Positions 40,414 through 52,650 of a stretch of DNA of 64,000 nt are shown piece after piece (position 1 is the first letter of the stretch; every line of letters starts with the position of its first letter). A model generated the notes under the pieces. That model was given only the letters and a program-made list of their open reading frames with translations. It did no database searches and was not told the origin of the DNA. The DNA comes from Mobula hypostoma (taxonomy: Eukaryota): the NCBI RefSeq assembly GCF_963921235.1, contig NC_086108.1, forward strand, positions 88,228,001 to 88,292,000, read 5' to 3'. Both the position numbers and the translations under genes were made by a program.

Positions 40414-40623
40414 ATGTGGGCCGGTGGTGTAGTGGCATCAGCACTGGACTTTGAGGCGAGTGGTCCCAGGTTCAAATCCGACTGGCCCTTTGCACACTTT
40501 CCATCCATGCTAGGTCGAGCATTGAGCTAACAACTCCATCTTGTAAAAAACAAGCAAATGCTAAAGCAATGGCAATAAAATGCCGCCCGATGCACCACAA
40601 GGCGTGAAAAGGAACAACAACAG
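40414..40623 (+). mobile_element. tRNA-derived SINE with target-site duplication
   Basis: A box GGTGTAGTGG, B box GTTCAAATC, (AAC)n tail, and an 11-bp direct repeat cagatccaatt at 40403-40413 and 40624-40634. Confidence 0.85.
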
Positions 40624-41848
40624 CAGATCCAATTCTCATCACATGGTCTCCTTTGGCAGGGGAGCTGCAAAGTGTTGCAAGCTTGGCATTAGCCTCCCCA
40701 CCACTGAGGAGATCTTCAAAAGGTGATGTCTCAAAAAGGCAACATCCGTCTATAAGGACCCCTATCATGTTCTCTTCTCATTATTACCAGCAGGGAGGAG
40801 GTATAGGAGCCTGCAGACACACACTCAACATTTTAGTAACAGATTCTTCCCCCTGCCATCAGATTTCTGAATGGACAATGAACCCATGAACACTACTTCA
40901 TTATTTTTGCTTTCTTTTTGCACTACTTACTTATTCAAAAATATACAGTATACAATTCTTATTGTAACTTTGTATATTTTATGTATTTCATTGTACTGCT
41001 ACAGAACAAATTTCATGACATTGCTCCTGATGTGCAGTGCCCAGCTCAGAATGTATTGCTCAAAATAGGACCTAATCACAGCTTCAAATGATGGCAAAAT
41101 AACTTACACCTCTTTCTGCCCCAGCTCCTTTGAGATAAAGAACAAATTAGCTTTTCAACTTCTTTTCGTCTTCCCATCAAGGCTTAAGTAAAAGAAATGC
41201 ACAATCTTTTACAAATCTCTGATCATTCACAGCTGTGACAATTGTGTCATTTACTACTGTATCTTTTAGTTAGTTTCCCCATTTGCCATCGCCAAGTCAT
41301 GTCTTCTACCATTGTGATTTCCTTAGTTTATAATTGAGACGCTGATTTCAGGTTGAGCTGGATATCTTTCAATACCTTGATATAAAATTCCATCAGATTG
41401 TGATCACTCTTCTCTGAAGGACTTTAATCACCAGATTATTAACTAATGATCTTTCATTGCATAATACTAGATGTAAAAATGCCTGTTTCTTTGATGTTTC
41501 CTCAGAATACCATTCTCAAAAATCATTTCTTATACACTCCTTGAATTCATCCACCACAATATTACTGCTTATTTCGTCTATATGTAGGTTGATGTCCTTC
41601 ACTAACCAATATCTTGTATTAATATTGTAACATGTGCCTTTGAATTCTCAATTTATACCCACTACAATATAGATCCTGTAATAAACACCCACCTATGTTT
41701 TATTTCTCCCACTATTAATGGGCAACATCCAAACTGATTGTAATAAATGATTGTTTTGAACTAAGGTTTCTCTTTACTGCCTTTATCCTATATTATTTTA
41801 TCAGGGCTGCCACTTTTTCCTTTTTTTTATCTTTGCCCAGTCCTTCTA

Positions 41849-42192
41849 CGAGGGGTGATTAATAAGTTCGAGGCCTAAGGTAGAAGGAGTCAATTTTAGA
41901 AAACCTAGCATATTTATTTTTCCTACATTTACACACTTAGTCCAGCGGTCATGGAGCATACGGATCCCTTCTTTGTAGAAGTCAGCGTCTTGGACCTCCA
42001 GAAAGTGGTCCACAGCAGTGGCGAACAGCAGTGGCGATTGATAAGTTCGTGGCCTAAGGTAGAAGGAGATGAGTTATTAACTTCAAACTTTCTGCATTTT
42101 CACTCAAAGAGTTGAACTGCATGTGCATGTAACAAAAGCTGTGTAACTAATCTCCTTCTACCTTAGGCCACGAACTTATCAATCACCCCTCG
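41849..42192. mobile_element. Mariner-type MITE
   Basis: 41-bp TIRs (cgaggggtgattaataagttcgaggcctaaggtagaaggag) with 2 mismatches, flanked by TA at 41847-41848 and 42193-42194. Confidence 0.9.
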
Positions 42193-42899
42193 TAAAAGTT
42201 ATGTCTTCTGGAATATTTAATTCCCAGTTTTGGCCACTATGTCTTTGTAAAGGCAGTTGCATCATATACAGTTGTTTCTTTTTACTTATGTGCTGTGTAT
42301 TAATCTTTTTTTTTGCAGAGCCCGCATATGTTCGGATAAGATGCCTTCAGTTCTATCTTTGTATCATTTCCCCTTGATTCTAACTGGAGATATACTCATG
42401 TGTTTATGTGCTCTGTTACTTCTTGTCACTTTCTGGTTCTATGTTCCCAGCCTGCACTATTGCCTTGCCCTTTTTCTCTTTAACTTCCAAATTCCCCCTC
42501 CCCAGAACCTTCCCCTCTGCTACCCGACCATCCACAATATCAGGTTTAAAACATTATCTACAATCTTACATACAGTATTCAGTTTTAATGGACAATAGTT
42601 CCAGCCCAACAAGGTGTAGTCTGACCCAAATGAACAGCTTCCTTTATTCCCAGTACAAATACCAGTGAACCGTGAATTGAATTCCATTCTTCTACACCTA
42701 TCTTTGAACCAGATATTTAACACTCTGTTCTCATTGACTCCATGCCAGTTTACATGTAGGATAAAGCTAATTGTGTCCTAATCTAATATTTATTAGCTTT
42801 ATGCTTCTTCTTGTTAATTTGAAGCTCAGAATCAGTAGATCCTTTTCCTTTGCCATATCCATGCTTACAGTTGCTATGATGACAGTAACTGACCCATGA

Positions 42900-43750
42900 A
42901 GAAGGTTATCAAAAATTACAGGAGAATCTTGATTGAGTAAGTGGGCCAAGGAACGGCAAATGGAGCTTAATTTGGATAAATCCAAGAATTACCATTTTGG
43001 AAAGCCAAATCCAGGTAGGACTTTCACAGTGAATGGAGGGCCCTGAGACAGGGAGATACTGCAGCACAAGTACATGGTTTACGGAAAGTGGAGTCACAGG
43101 TAGACAGGGTGGTGAAGAAGGCTTTTGGCACATTGACCTTAATCAGTCGGGGCATTGATTATAGTATGTGTGAGATCATGGAGTGCTTGTACAGGACACT
43201 GATGAGACCACACGAGGAGTATTGTTTTCAGTTTTAATTGCCCTACTATAGAAAAGATGTCATTAAACTGGAAAGAGTAAAGAAAATATTTCTAAGGATG
43301 CTGCCAGGACCTAAAGGACTGAAGCATAGGAAGATCTGGGCGAGGTAAGATTTTACTTAGAGCGTTGGAGTCTGAGAAGTGTTCCCACAGCAGTGTATAA
43401 CAACATGAGCATAGATAGGGTGAATGTACTCATTCTTTTCCCCAGAGTTGGGGAATCAAGAACCAGAGGGCACAGGTGTAAAGTGAGAGGAGAAAGATTT
43501 AAGAGCAACTTAAGGGACAACACCTTTACACAAAGGGTACTATCCATGTGGAACCAGCTGCCAGAGGAAGTGATTAGGGTAGATACAACAACAACTCTAA
43601 AAATACAGTTGGACAGGTATATCGATTGGAAAGGTTTAGAAGGTTGTTGGTCATAAGTTGACAAATGGGGCTAGCTTGGATTGGACACCTTGGTCAGTAA
43701 AGACCAGTGGGCTGAAGGGCCGGTTTCCATGCTCTATGACTCTATCACAC
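42900..43750 (+). mobile_element. CR1 3' fragment
   Basis: ORF 43393-43656 contains SRTRGHR and FTQRVLSMWNQLP; tail ctatgactctat. Confidence 0.85.
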
Positions 43751-44745
43751 TCCGATTGCCTCTCTGGTTCTCTTATCCATGCACTGGACAGAAAATAGTC
43801 TTTGGGACCCGTGTCCTTGCTCAGGGAAATATCCACACTACTGAGACACTCAGTCATCTTCAACGTACCTGACTCTATCATCTGTTTGCCTGGAATTCAT
43901 AACCAGTGCTGTACTCTTGTCACAGTGAGTGATTTCCAGGAACAAAGAGAAAACACATCAAGGAATCACAGGCTCCTCAAACAAAAGTAATATCCCTACT
44001 GGGAATGTTATTTTTCCCTACTGACTCGAGAGAATATTACTTGGTCGTGACCATGCAAAATAGAGAAGGAGGAACTAGGAGGTCATTGAACACCTTATAC
44101 TTCTGTGATGTGACCATGTGAAAATAGTTTAGAACCTACCTACCTTGTTAACCACTAAATGCCCCGTCTGTGACATGGTCTGTTGATCCCACATGGAACA
44201 TTTCAGCCATCTCATAACCAATGGAACAGAAGTCATATTTCACTGCAAGGAACTACCTAAGAAGAAGACAGAGAACTTAAAAACTTAAAATAAGATGTTC
44301 AACTGAGGGTCAGTTTGGCATTATATGGATGTAAAAGATCCCATGGACTGTTCATTGAAATGCATTGAAGTTTACTTCACTGTGCTTCTCCCAACTTCAA
44401 TAGATCATCTGGTCATTGTTGTTTTGCCATTTGCAACAACGTGCTCTGCACATATTGGCCTCTTTGTATTCTAAAGTATTTTTGTTTACACCAAATTGGC
44501 ACAAACTAAGGTCAGTAAGGTACTCCGCCAGTTTAGGCTGCTTATTAAATTCTTTCCATCCATGTTTGTACACCAAGAGAGTTAAAAATGTAATTGGTAG
44601 GGCTAAGCAGATTGAAGATCCTTTCTCTGGAAGGCAGACTAAAAGGATAGAGGTCATTAGTGTGAAAAAGGCATTATATAAGGTGGATGTGGAGCAATTA
44701 CTTAAAGTGATGGGTGAGGAAAATATAAGAAGACTCTGCAGATTT

Positions 44746-45058
44746 TACGTACTTACTTACTGCCTGTTACACCATTGGTGTTTAGGGTAGCAACGAAGGT
44801 CCTCCATTTCTGTCTGTATGCATGTTTCTGTAGCAATTTTTTTGATCAGTCAGGATTGTTAGCCCTGAGCTGAACCCCTAAACCTGGAGGACTGGTGGAC
44901 TTCTCTTAATCTGGTCCTTATCCTTTGATCTTGTAGCCATGGGTAACCCTACCAAGAGCCAAAGCACAAGGCCCTGACTCCAGCCAATGTAGCTCTCTGG
45001 GTCATTGAGGCACACAAGCCTCCAAATTCTACAACAAGGTTGTGATCCTCTTGGAGGA
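44746..45058 (-). mobile_element. Short non-autonomous retroposon (RTE-like tail) with target-site duplication
   Basis: (tact)n tail at the left end; 10-bp direct repeat ctgcagattt at 44736-44745 and 45059-45068. Confidence 0.65.
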
Positions 45059-45339
45059 CTGCAGATTTAAAGATTAATTTTATTTGTCACATGTACATTG
45101 AAGGTTTGATATTGTATGTGGAATAAATTAAAGCAGATTTTCTCACAGACAGTTGAGGCGATGGAATTCATTGTCAAATTGGTGTGATGTGGACAGCCAG
45201 CCATATACTTATCATTAACACATTTATAGATAACTTTAAGTACATATGATAGTGAAAGGAGTATTGGCTTGTGGAGCATTACATTTACAGAATGCAGGAG
45301 ATGTAGGTGAAGAGTGGAAAGGCCATATCTTAATGGCCA

Positions 45340-45825
45340 TTTTTGAAGCTTTAAAGAGGGTTCAGAGGAGATTTACCAGGATGATTAAAGAACATTTCCT
45401 ACGGGGAAAGGTTGGGAAGGGTTGAGCAAGCTTGGGCTTTTCGCTTTGGAGTTATGGAAGATGCGAGGCAACCTGATAGAGATGCATAATATTATGAGAG
45501 GCATAGAGTGGACAGCCAGCAGCTCTTTCCAAGGGCGACAACAGCCAATACCAGAGGATATATGTTTAAGCTGATTAGAAGGAAGTTTAAAGGAAGTTTC
45601 AGGGGAAGGTTCTTTACACAGAGAATGGTGGGTGTTTGGAACACACTGCTGGGGTAGTGGTAAAGGCTGATTTAATGAGGACACGAGAGACTTGGATAGG
45701 CACAGAGATGTAAGGGAATTGGAGGGTTATGGGCTGTGTAGCAGGGAAAGTTTACATTTATATGGGCTGGCACAGCATTGTGGGCTGAAGGGGCTGTACT
45801 GTGCTATACTGTTATTGTTCTGTGT
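45340..45825 (+). mobile_element. CR1 3' fragment
   Basis: Similar to other CR1 3' ends in the window (gttcagaggagatttaccaggatg ... gggctgaaggggctgtactgtgct). Confidence 0.75.
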
Positions 45826-47985
45826 ACTAATTGCCCTTGAGATGTGGTAATGAGCCACTTTCTTGGAATCTCTTGTGATAAGTTATTTGATAATAAATCT
45901 ACTTTCAACTATGAACTTTGAACCCTTGCAGTTCTTGGGATGAAGGCACAATTATCATGAAGCTTGCCCCCTTTGGCTGTATCTGAGAGTTAAACCGAGG
46001 ACACTGCCCTGAGTAATCCCTGCGCAGGTTTCCCACATAAAACACTCATAGCTCTGTTGGCTGAATTTGCTATAAACTCCATGAAAAGTCCAAGCTGTGA
46101 ACAAATTTCCAGTCCCAGTAAATTAAAATAGGAGCCCCCAACTGAAGATTAGCATTGTTTAGATTTTATAATTGCTCAAAAGCACGGCATTAAAGTCATT
46201 AAGCCTATTATGATACTTACAGTAGAAAGTAATGGAAGTACTAAAATCATTAAATCCATGCTCAAGTGAATTTTTAATAGTGTTTTGATCACATCTTTTT
46301 TAGATTGAGGTCCCTTGACACTAACCTTTGTTGTTCAGATTTTTGTTTGTTTCTTCATAAATACACTACATACCTTAGAGGAATGGAAATGAGACCAAAT
46401 AGCATCTAGCTTGACCTTGGGTGTTATATGTCAGCATAACATTATGAGTGTATCTGAGTCAGAGCACTGTGGGTTCTAAGACTTCCTCCAGAGCCTGGGT
46501 GTGTAATACAGGCTGAGGCTTCAGTGCTGTTCTGGTGTCATGTTGCTTTGACAGATTAGTTTTTTGGGTAATATTTCAAACTTTCTTATGAATATAAATC
46601 ACCCTAAACTGTTACTTGAAGAAGACCGGGGGAGTTCTACAGATATTCTTCCATCAATGTCACTATAGCAGAATGGCTGACCACTCATTGCTTGGTACCA
46701 TTTGGTTGAACACAGTAATTATAATTTACATTTAGTTCTTCGACATACCCTTAGCCTGTGACATAAAAGCAAGTTTGTTTTCTTTAGAAAGCGAAGGCTG
46801 CAGCTGACGAACTTTATTTGGAAGTGTACTCTGTGATAAGCCTTCCAGATTGTGGTGTTCATATCACACTGCTGTGTGAAGATAAAATGGTATTTGTGGC
46901 AAACTCTGATCATAAGGAGTTGGCTAAGGACTATGTATGGCAATTTCCATACATTTTCCCATTAGCATTGCAAACAAGCCCTAAGGGAATGCACATGAAC
47001 AAGACGTAGTCAGTATTGCTTAGAAATCTGAGGTCAGAGGGAAACACGGCAAGGTGTCCCATGACCCAACAAAAATGCATTGCTTTTAACATACGTATAC
47101 AAATGACATGGAAGTTAGGAATTCATTGTTCATAGATTATATCGCATTGAGGGGAGTTGGGAGAAAATAGAGGAAACAGCTTTGAATCTATATAATTACA
47201 AAAAATAGTAAATTGGCTGAATAACTGTAATTATAATATTAATGCTTAAATGCTAAGGCTGAATACACAATTGCTGGAAATTGGAAATAAAAATAAAATT
47301 GCCTGAAATACGTGGCTGACCATTTGATGAACGGCCATGGACCTGAAATGAAAACCTACATCTTTCTTCACAGATGTTGCCTGATTTTTTGAGGGTTCCC
47401 AGTGTTTTCTGACTTTATTATGAATATATTGTATATGTGCTAATAAAGTTGGATGTTAAGAACATCTAATGCTTTCCAAATATGTACAATCTAACAAAAT
47501 ATATTGGAAATTATTGGTTGTTATGATTGTGCATGCAACATAATGACAAGACTCTAAAGGACAGGAAGATGTTTCAAATGAGATCTACAAGAACTATGGT
47601 AAGATTTCATAAATTGGAGTGATATAGGATACTGCATTGGAGAATTTGAGGTGTCATTACAGAATGTTGCAATAGCCTGATCCAGTCAAATGCCGGGGTT
47701 AGGTGGGATTAATGCAGAGGGGCGGCCACTAATCAACATGGATGAGGTAGGCAGTGTCCATTAAAGACCCCCACCACTCAGGACATACCGTCTTCACACT
47801 GTTACCATTAGGAAGGAGATACAGAAACCTGAAAACACACTCAGTGATTCAGGAACAGCTCTTTCCCCTCTGCCATCGGATTTCTGAATGGACATTGAAC
47901 CCATGAACACTACCTATTTTTAAAAATTATTTCTTTTTTTGCGCAATTTTTTATTTAACTATTTTATATATATATATATATATAA

Positions 47986-48855
47986 ATGAGGCCTAGGGAG
48001 AAAGAAAAGGGGGAGGGGGGGAAACCCAGAGGATGGGCAAAGGGTATAGTGAGACGGACAGAGGGAGAAAAAGGACAGAGAGAAAAAGAAAAAGAATGTG
48101 TGTATATAAATAAGTAACGGATGGGGTATGAGGGGGAGGTGGGGCATTTGCGGAAGTTTGAGAAGTCAATGATCATGCCATCAGGTTGGAGGCTACCCAG
48201 ACGGAATATAAGGTGTTGTTCCTCCAACCTGAGTGTGGCTTCATCTTTACAGTAGAGGAGGCCGTGGAAAGACATATCAGAATGGGAATGGGACGTGGAA
48301 TTAAAATGTGTCTACTGTGAAGATGAAGCCACACTCAGGTTGGAGGAACAACACATTATATTTTGTCTGGGTAGCCTCCAACCTGATGGCATGAACATTG
48401 ACTTCTCAAACTTCCGCTAATGCCCCACCTCCCCCTCGTACCCCATCCAATATTTATTTATATACACACATTCTTTCTCTCACTCTCCTTTTTCTCCCTC
48501 TGTCCCTCTCACTATACCCCTTGCCCATCCTCTGTTTTTTCTCCCCTCCTCCCCCTTTTCTTTCTCCCTGGGCCTCCTGTCCCATGATCCTCTCATATCC
48601 CTTTTGCCTATCACCTGTCCAGCTCTTGGCTCCGTCCCTCCCCCTCCTGTCTTCTGCTATCATTTTGGATCTCCCCCTCCCCCTCCCACTGTCAAATCTC
48701 TTACTAACTCTTCCTTCACTTAGTCCTGACAAAGGGTCTCAGCCTGAAACGTCGACTGTACCTCTTCCTAGAGATGCTGCCTGGCCTGCTGCGTTCACCA
48801 GCAACTTTGATGTGTGTTGCTTGAATTTCCAGCATCTGCAGATTTCCTTGTGTTT
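47986..48855 (+). mobile_element. PLE 3' fragment with inverted 5' portion
   Basis: 47986-48310 is minus-oriented and 48311-48855 is plus-oriented; the two overlap in PLE content (EEQHLIF...QPDGM). Confidence 0.85.
48722..48757 (+). ncRNA. Minimal hammerhead ribozyme motif (G8 mutated)
   Basis: AGTC-CTGACAA-A-GGGTCTCAGCCT-GAAACGTC-GACT: perfect stem I and palindromic ACGT stem III. Confidence 0.55.
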
Positions 48856-48857
48856 TA

Positions 48858-49545
48858 TGCTGCGGTGCTGCTTCCCAGATGGTAGCAGCTGGAATAGATT
48901 GTGGTTGGAGTGACTTGGGTCCCCAATGATCCTACGGGCCCTTTTTACACACCTGTCCTTGTAAATGTCCTGAATCATGGGAAGTTCAGAACTACAGATG
49001 CGCTGGGCTATCTGCATTACTCTCTGCAGAGTCCTGTGACTAAAGGTGGTACACTTCCCAAACCAGGCACTGATACAGCCAGTCAGGATGCTCTCAATTT
49101 TGCCCCTGTAGAAGGTTCTTAGGATTTGGGGGCCCATATGAACTTCCTCAACCGTCTGATGTGAAAGAGGTGCTGTTGTGGTTTTTTCACCACACAGCTG
49201 GTGTGTATAAACCATGTGAGGTCCTTGGTGATGTGTATGTCGAGGAACTTGAAGCTGTTTACCCTCTCAACTTCAGATCTATTGATGTCAATAGGGGTTA
49301 GCCTGTCTCCATTCCTCCTGTAATCCACAACCAGCTCCTTTGTATTTGCGACATTGAGGGAGGGGTTGTTTTCTTGACACCACTGTATCAGAGAGATGAC
49401 TTCTTCCCTGTAGGCCCACTTGTTATTGTTTGAGATAAGGCCAATCAATGTAGTGTCATTGGCAAATTTAATTAGCAAATTGGAGCTGTGGGTGGCGATA
49501 CAGTCATGGGTATACAGGGAGTAAAGGAGGGGACTCAGTACACAG
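48858..49545 (-). mobile_element. Rex1-type LINE RT fragment
   Basis: ORFs 49119-49478 (KFANDTT, FKFLDIHI) and 48739-49215 (FYRGKIESILTGCI). Confidence 0.88.
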
Positions 49546-49686
49546 TGGGAGGGGGAGGGGGAGATCCGAAATGATTGGAGAAGACAGGAGGGGGAGGGAT
49601 GGAGCTAAGAGCTGGAAAGTTGATAGGCAAAAGGGATTTGAGAGGATCTCCCTCTCCCTCTCCCACTTTCAAGTCTCTTACTAGTT

Positions 49687-49722
49687 AGGCCTGACGAAGG
49701 GTCTTGGCCCGAAACATAAACT
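49687..49722 (+). ncRNA. Minimal hammerhead ribozyme motif in a PLE terminal repeat (core intact)
   Basis: AGGC-CTGACGA-A-GGGTCTTGGCCC-GAAAC-ATA-AACT: CUGANGA box, stem II, GAAA and an NUH triplet are all present. Confidence 0.6.
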
Positions 49723-50068
49723 GTACCTCTTCCTAGAGATGCTGTCTGGCCTGCTGCGTTCACCAGCAACTTTTATGTGTGTTGCTTGAAATTCCAGCAT
49801 CTGCAGATTTCCTCGTGTTTGCGTTTTTAAACCTACTTGGTATGTCTTTGGACTGTGGGAGGAAACTGGAGGGTCTGGAGAAAACCTATGCATACCCCAG
49901 GGAGGACATACAGGGACTCCTTACAGAATTGGGCCAGAATTGAATTCCAAATTCCAGAATGCCCCAAGCTGTAACAGCATTCAGCTAACCACTACACCCT
50001 GTGATGCCCAATTTTTACTCTTTCTTTGATGGTTTCCAATAACTTGCACATCCTCTGGCTTATACTTA

Positions 50069-50719
50069 GGTAACACTCGCTTTGTCTAGTGGCATGATCT
50101 CGGGGTGATAACCCTCTGCCCGGCCAAACCTTAGAACTCTCGTTTGGGTGAATGCTGTGCGATGTGCCCCCTGTTTCAAATGAGTACCCTGTAATGACAA
50201 GCCGTACACAGGATGCGGTTAAATAATTAAGATTTTATAATTTTTACTTGAACTATGGGGTTAGTAGAGAACCAAAATATAAAATTTTTTAAAAAGGCGC
50301 CACTATATCTTTATTCAGTCTGTGCGCAAATAATTTGTTGGAGCTCACGCAATATCCACTTTCCACCATTCGATCTCCTCCGAACTCCGCCGGGTCCCGA
50401 GCTCCCGCTCAGGATTCGCTCTGCTCACTGGGTCACAGCATCTCTTCGGGTGCGTCTTCTCTCTTCTTCCCCATGGCGCGTTCTGACCAAATCCCACGCG
50501 AACAGCAGCTTTCAGATGCACAAGAAAGAATAACACCTGTCCCAATTGGTTAACAAATGAATACAAGTCCCGTTATCACTAATTATAACCCAAATATGCT
50601 GCTACACAGAACCCCATACATCAGCAGTTAACATTACAGAGAAGCCATCTTATTATAACACTACAGAGAAGCCATTTTATTAGCCTTAGCAAATAACATG
50701 AAAGCAGAAACCCCTCACA
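50069..50719 (-). mobile_element. Probable solo LTR
   Basis: Ends (g)gtaac...ctcaca, i.e. TG..CA with one terminal substitution. Flanked by the 4-bp direct repeat CTTA. CpG-retaining interior and a minus-strand AATAAA at ~50310. Confidence 0.55.
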
Positions 50720-52114
50720 CTTAATTTATTACAGCACTGTATGCCTTTTCTTTAACATTGATACCATCCTTGACTTACTTAAGTTGGTTGTTTGTCTGTC
50801 CTTGTCTGTTTATGTACAATTTTTTTTGTAAAATTCTATTATGTTTCTTTTTTTTCCTCTGTAAATGCCTGCAAGAACATGAATCTGAGGGTAATATATG
50901 GTAACATATGCATATTTTGTGAATAAATGTAATTTGAACTTTGAACTTGTTAGCCATGAACATCACATCTTTCTCATAGAATCTTCCTTCCCCAGCAGAA
51001 TAAGATCAACATTAATTTTTGACTTTTTGGAGGGGAATTTAAATGCACGTTATGCATTTATGTACAAGTGTACACATCCTAAATTTGGGGAAGCCCATGA
51101 TCTCTCTGCAACCCCATTTCCCCAAATCTGCATATTCCTAAAAGCAAACTACCTGTTTCAATGGAAGATTTTCAACAACTGCTTCTCTAAATGAACTGCT
51201 CTATCAGTGAATTCATTAGCTATCACCTCAACCAAATCAGCAATTAAACTGTTGCCCTGTGGATTTGTGCATGACATGAATAATTATTGAAACTCATTTT
51301 GTTTCATGTTAATGGAATGCGTCCAATGTTTGGTGCAAAAATGAGTACCAGCAATTTCAAGTTCAAGTTTAATTGTCATTCAACCATACACAAATACCCA
51401 TGAACACAGCCAAACTAAACAACATTTCTCTGGGCCCAAGATGCAAAACACAATACCACATCATGAGTCCATGAATGTTGCAGCAGTCGCAGTATAACAT
51501 AATATAGCTTGTCTTCTGCTGAGTGAATGCTGGGGGGGGGGCGGGGGATAACACCAACTCCAGTAGGGTGGCTTGCCACACCAACTCTGGTGGAGCACCC
51601 CAACTCTACTGCCTCTCCCCGGGCGTCTGTTAACAGGTGACACCCTGGCTTGAGGCCTGGTCCTCTGTACAACTGAGGCCACACAGCTTCCTCGCCATTT
51701 TGCCTCTGCTCCCCGGCAATAAATCAGTGAATCGTGCTTACAGCATTCTAAATTAACAACGTTCAACTCTGACTCCTTTGACGCAGGCAACAGTACCGTC
51801 CAGACATAGACCAGCTCCTTCAGTTTCCCCTCCAATGAGCAAATCTCTGATGGGGTACACCTGCAGTACTGTTAAGTTCTTAATGTCCAGCAGGGTCTTG
51901 CAATCATAAAAAATATGTTTATAAAAGACAATAACACCTCTGGTTGACCCTGTAGAAGCTGCTGCGATCAAATGTGCCACCATCTTATCAGAACGTAATG
52001 AATGTAATGACTTACAGTCCTTAATGAATGTGAGGTGGTGTAATGGAACTATCATAACTGATTTGATTTTTCATCGCTATTCATCTCCTTTAAGGGGGAT
52101 CAGTTTTTTTTTAT

Positions 52115-52370
52115 GGAGATACAGTGTGGTACAGGCCCTTCCAGCCCTTCGAGCTGCACCACCCAACAATCCCGATTTAATCCTAGCCTAACCACAGGGC
52201 AATTTACAACGACCAATTAACCTACCAACTGGTACATCTTTGGACTGTGGGAGGAAACCTATGTAATCATGTGGAGGACGTGCAAGCTCCTTAAAGGCAG
52301 TGGCGGGAATTGAACCTAGGTCACTGGTACTGTAAAGCATTGTGCTAACCACTATGCAATTGTGCCACCC
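52115..52370 (-). mobile_element. tRNA-headed SINE (V-SINE-like); related copies at ~3060-3350, 49835-50010, 52790-53035 and 56615-56840
   Basis: Shared core tttggaatgtgggaggaaacc and a reverse-strand B box / A box (ggaattgaacc ... gctaaccact). Confidence 0.7.
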
Positions 52371-52493
52371 TAACTAATAGTTCTCATGTCTAATAATTAC
52401 TTGGTCTAAAATGCTTGAGATTGCAAAACAAGGTCTCTAGCAGCTATGTTCATTTCATACGGAGTTCTTATATTTAACATATTCTTTTGCCAG

Positions 52494-52650
52494 GTTCTAA
52501 TATGCAGAAACTACATGGGTGATGTGGACATGAATGAGATTGACTACTTCCTACCTGTGCTGACACAGAAAGAGGATGAAGGGACTAGCTCCCCATTCCT
52601 CGTCCATGGACGTGTTCATTTCCTCTGGATAAGGCACAATAACTTGTACT
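52494..52650 (+). CDS. ap1m3: AP-1 mu subunit, coding exon 2 (157 nt)
   Basis: Acceptor ttcttttgccag|. Encodes VLICRNYMGDVDMNEIDYFLPVLTQKEDEGTSSPFLVHGRVHFLWIRHNNLY plus 1 nt. Ends at the U12 donor GTATCCTTT. Confidence 0.93.

Noticed and set aside
40418..40490. tRNA gene
   Set aside because: It has A and B boxes but no clean cloverleaf; it is the head of a TSD-flanked SINE.
46450..46700. Ancient Deu-domain SINE remnant (also ~20410-20520)
   Set aside because: The resemblance is from memory only and too degraded to support without an HMM search.
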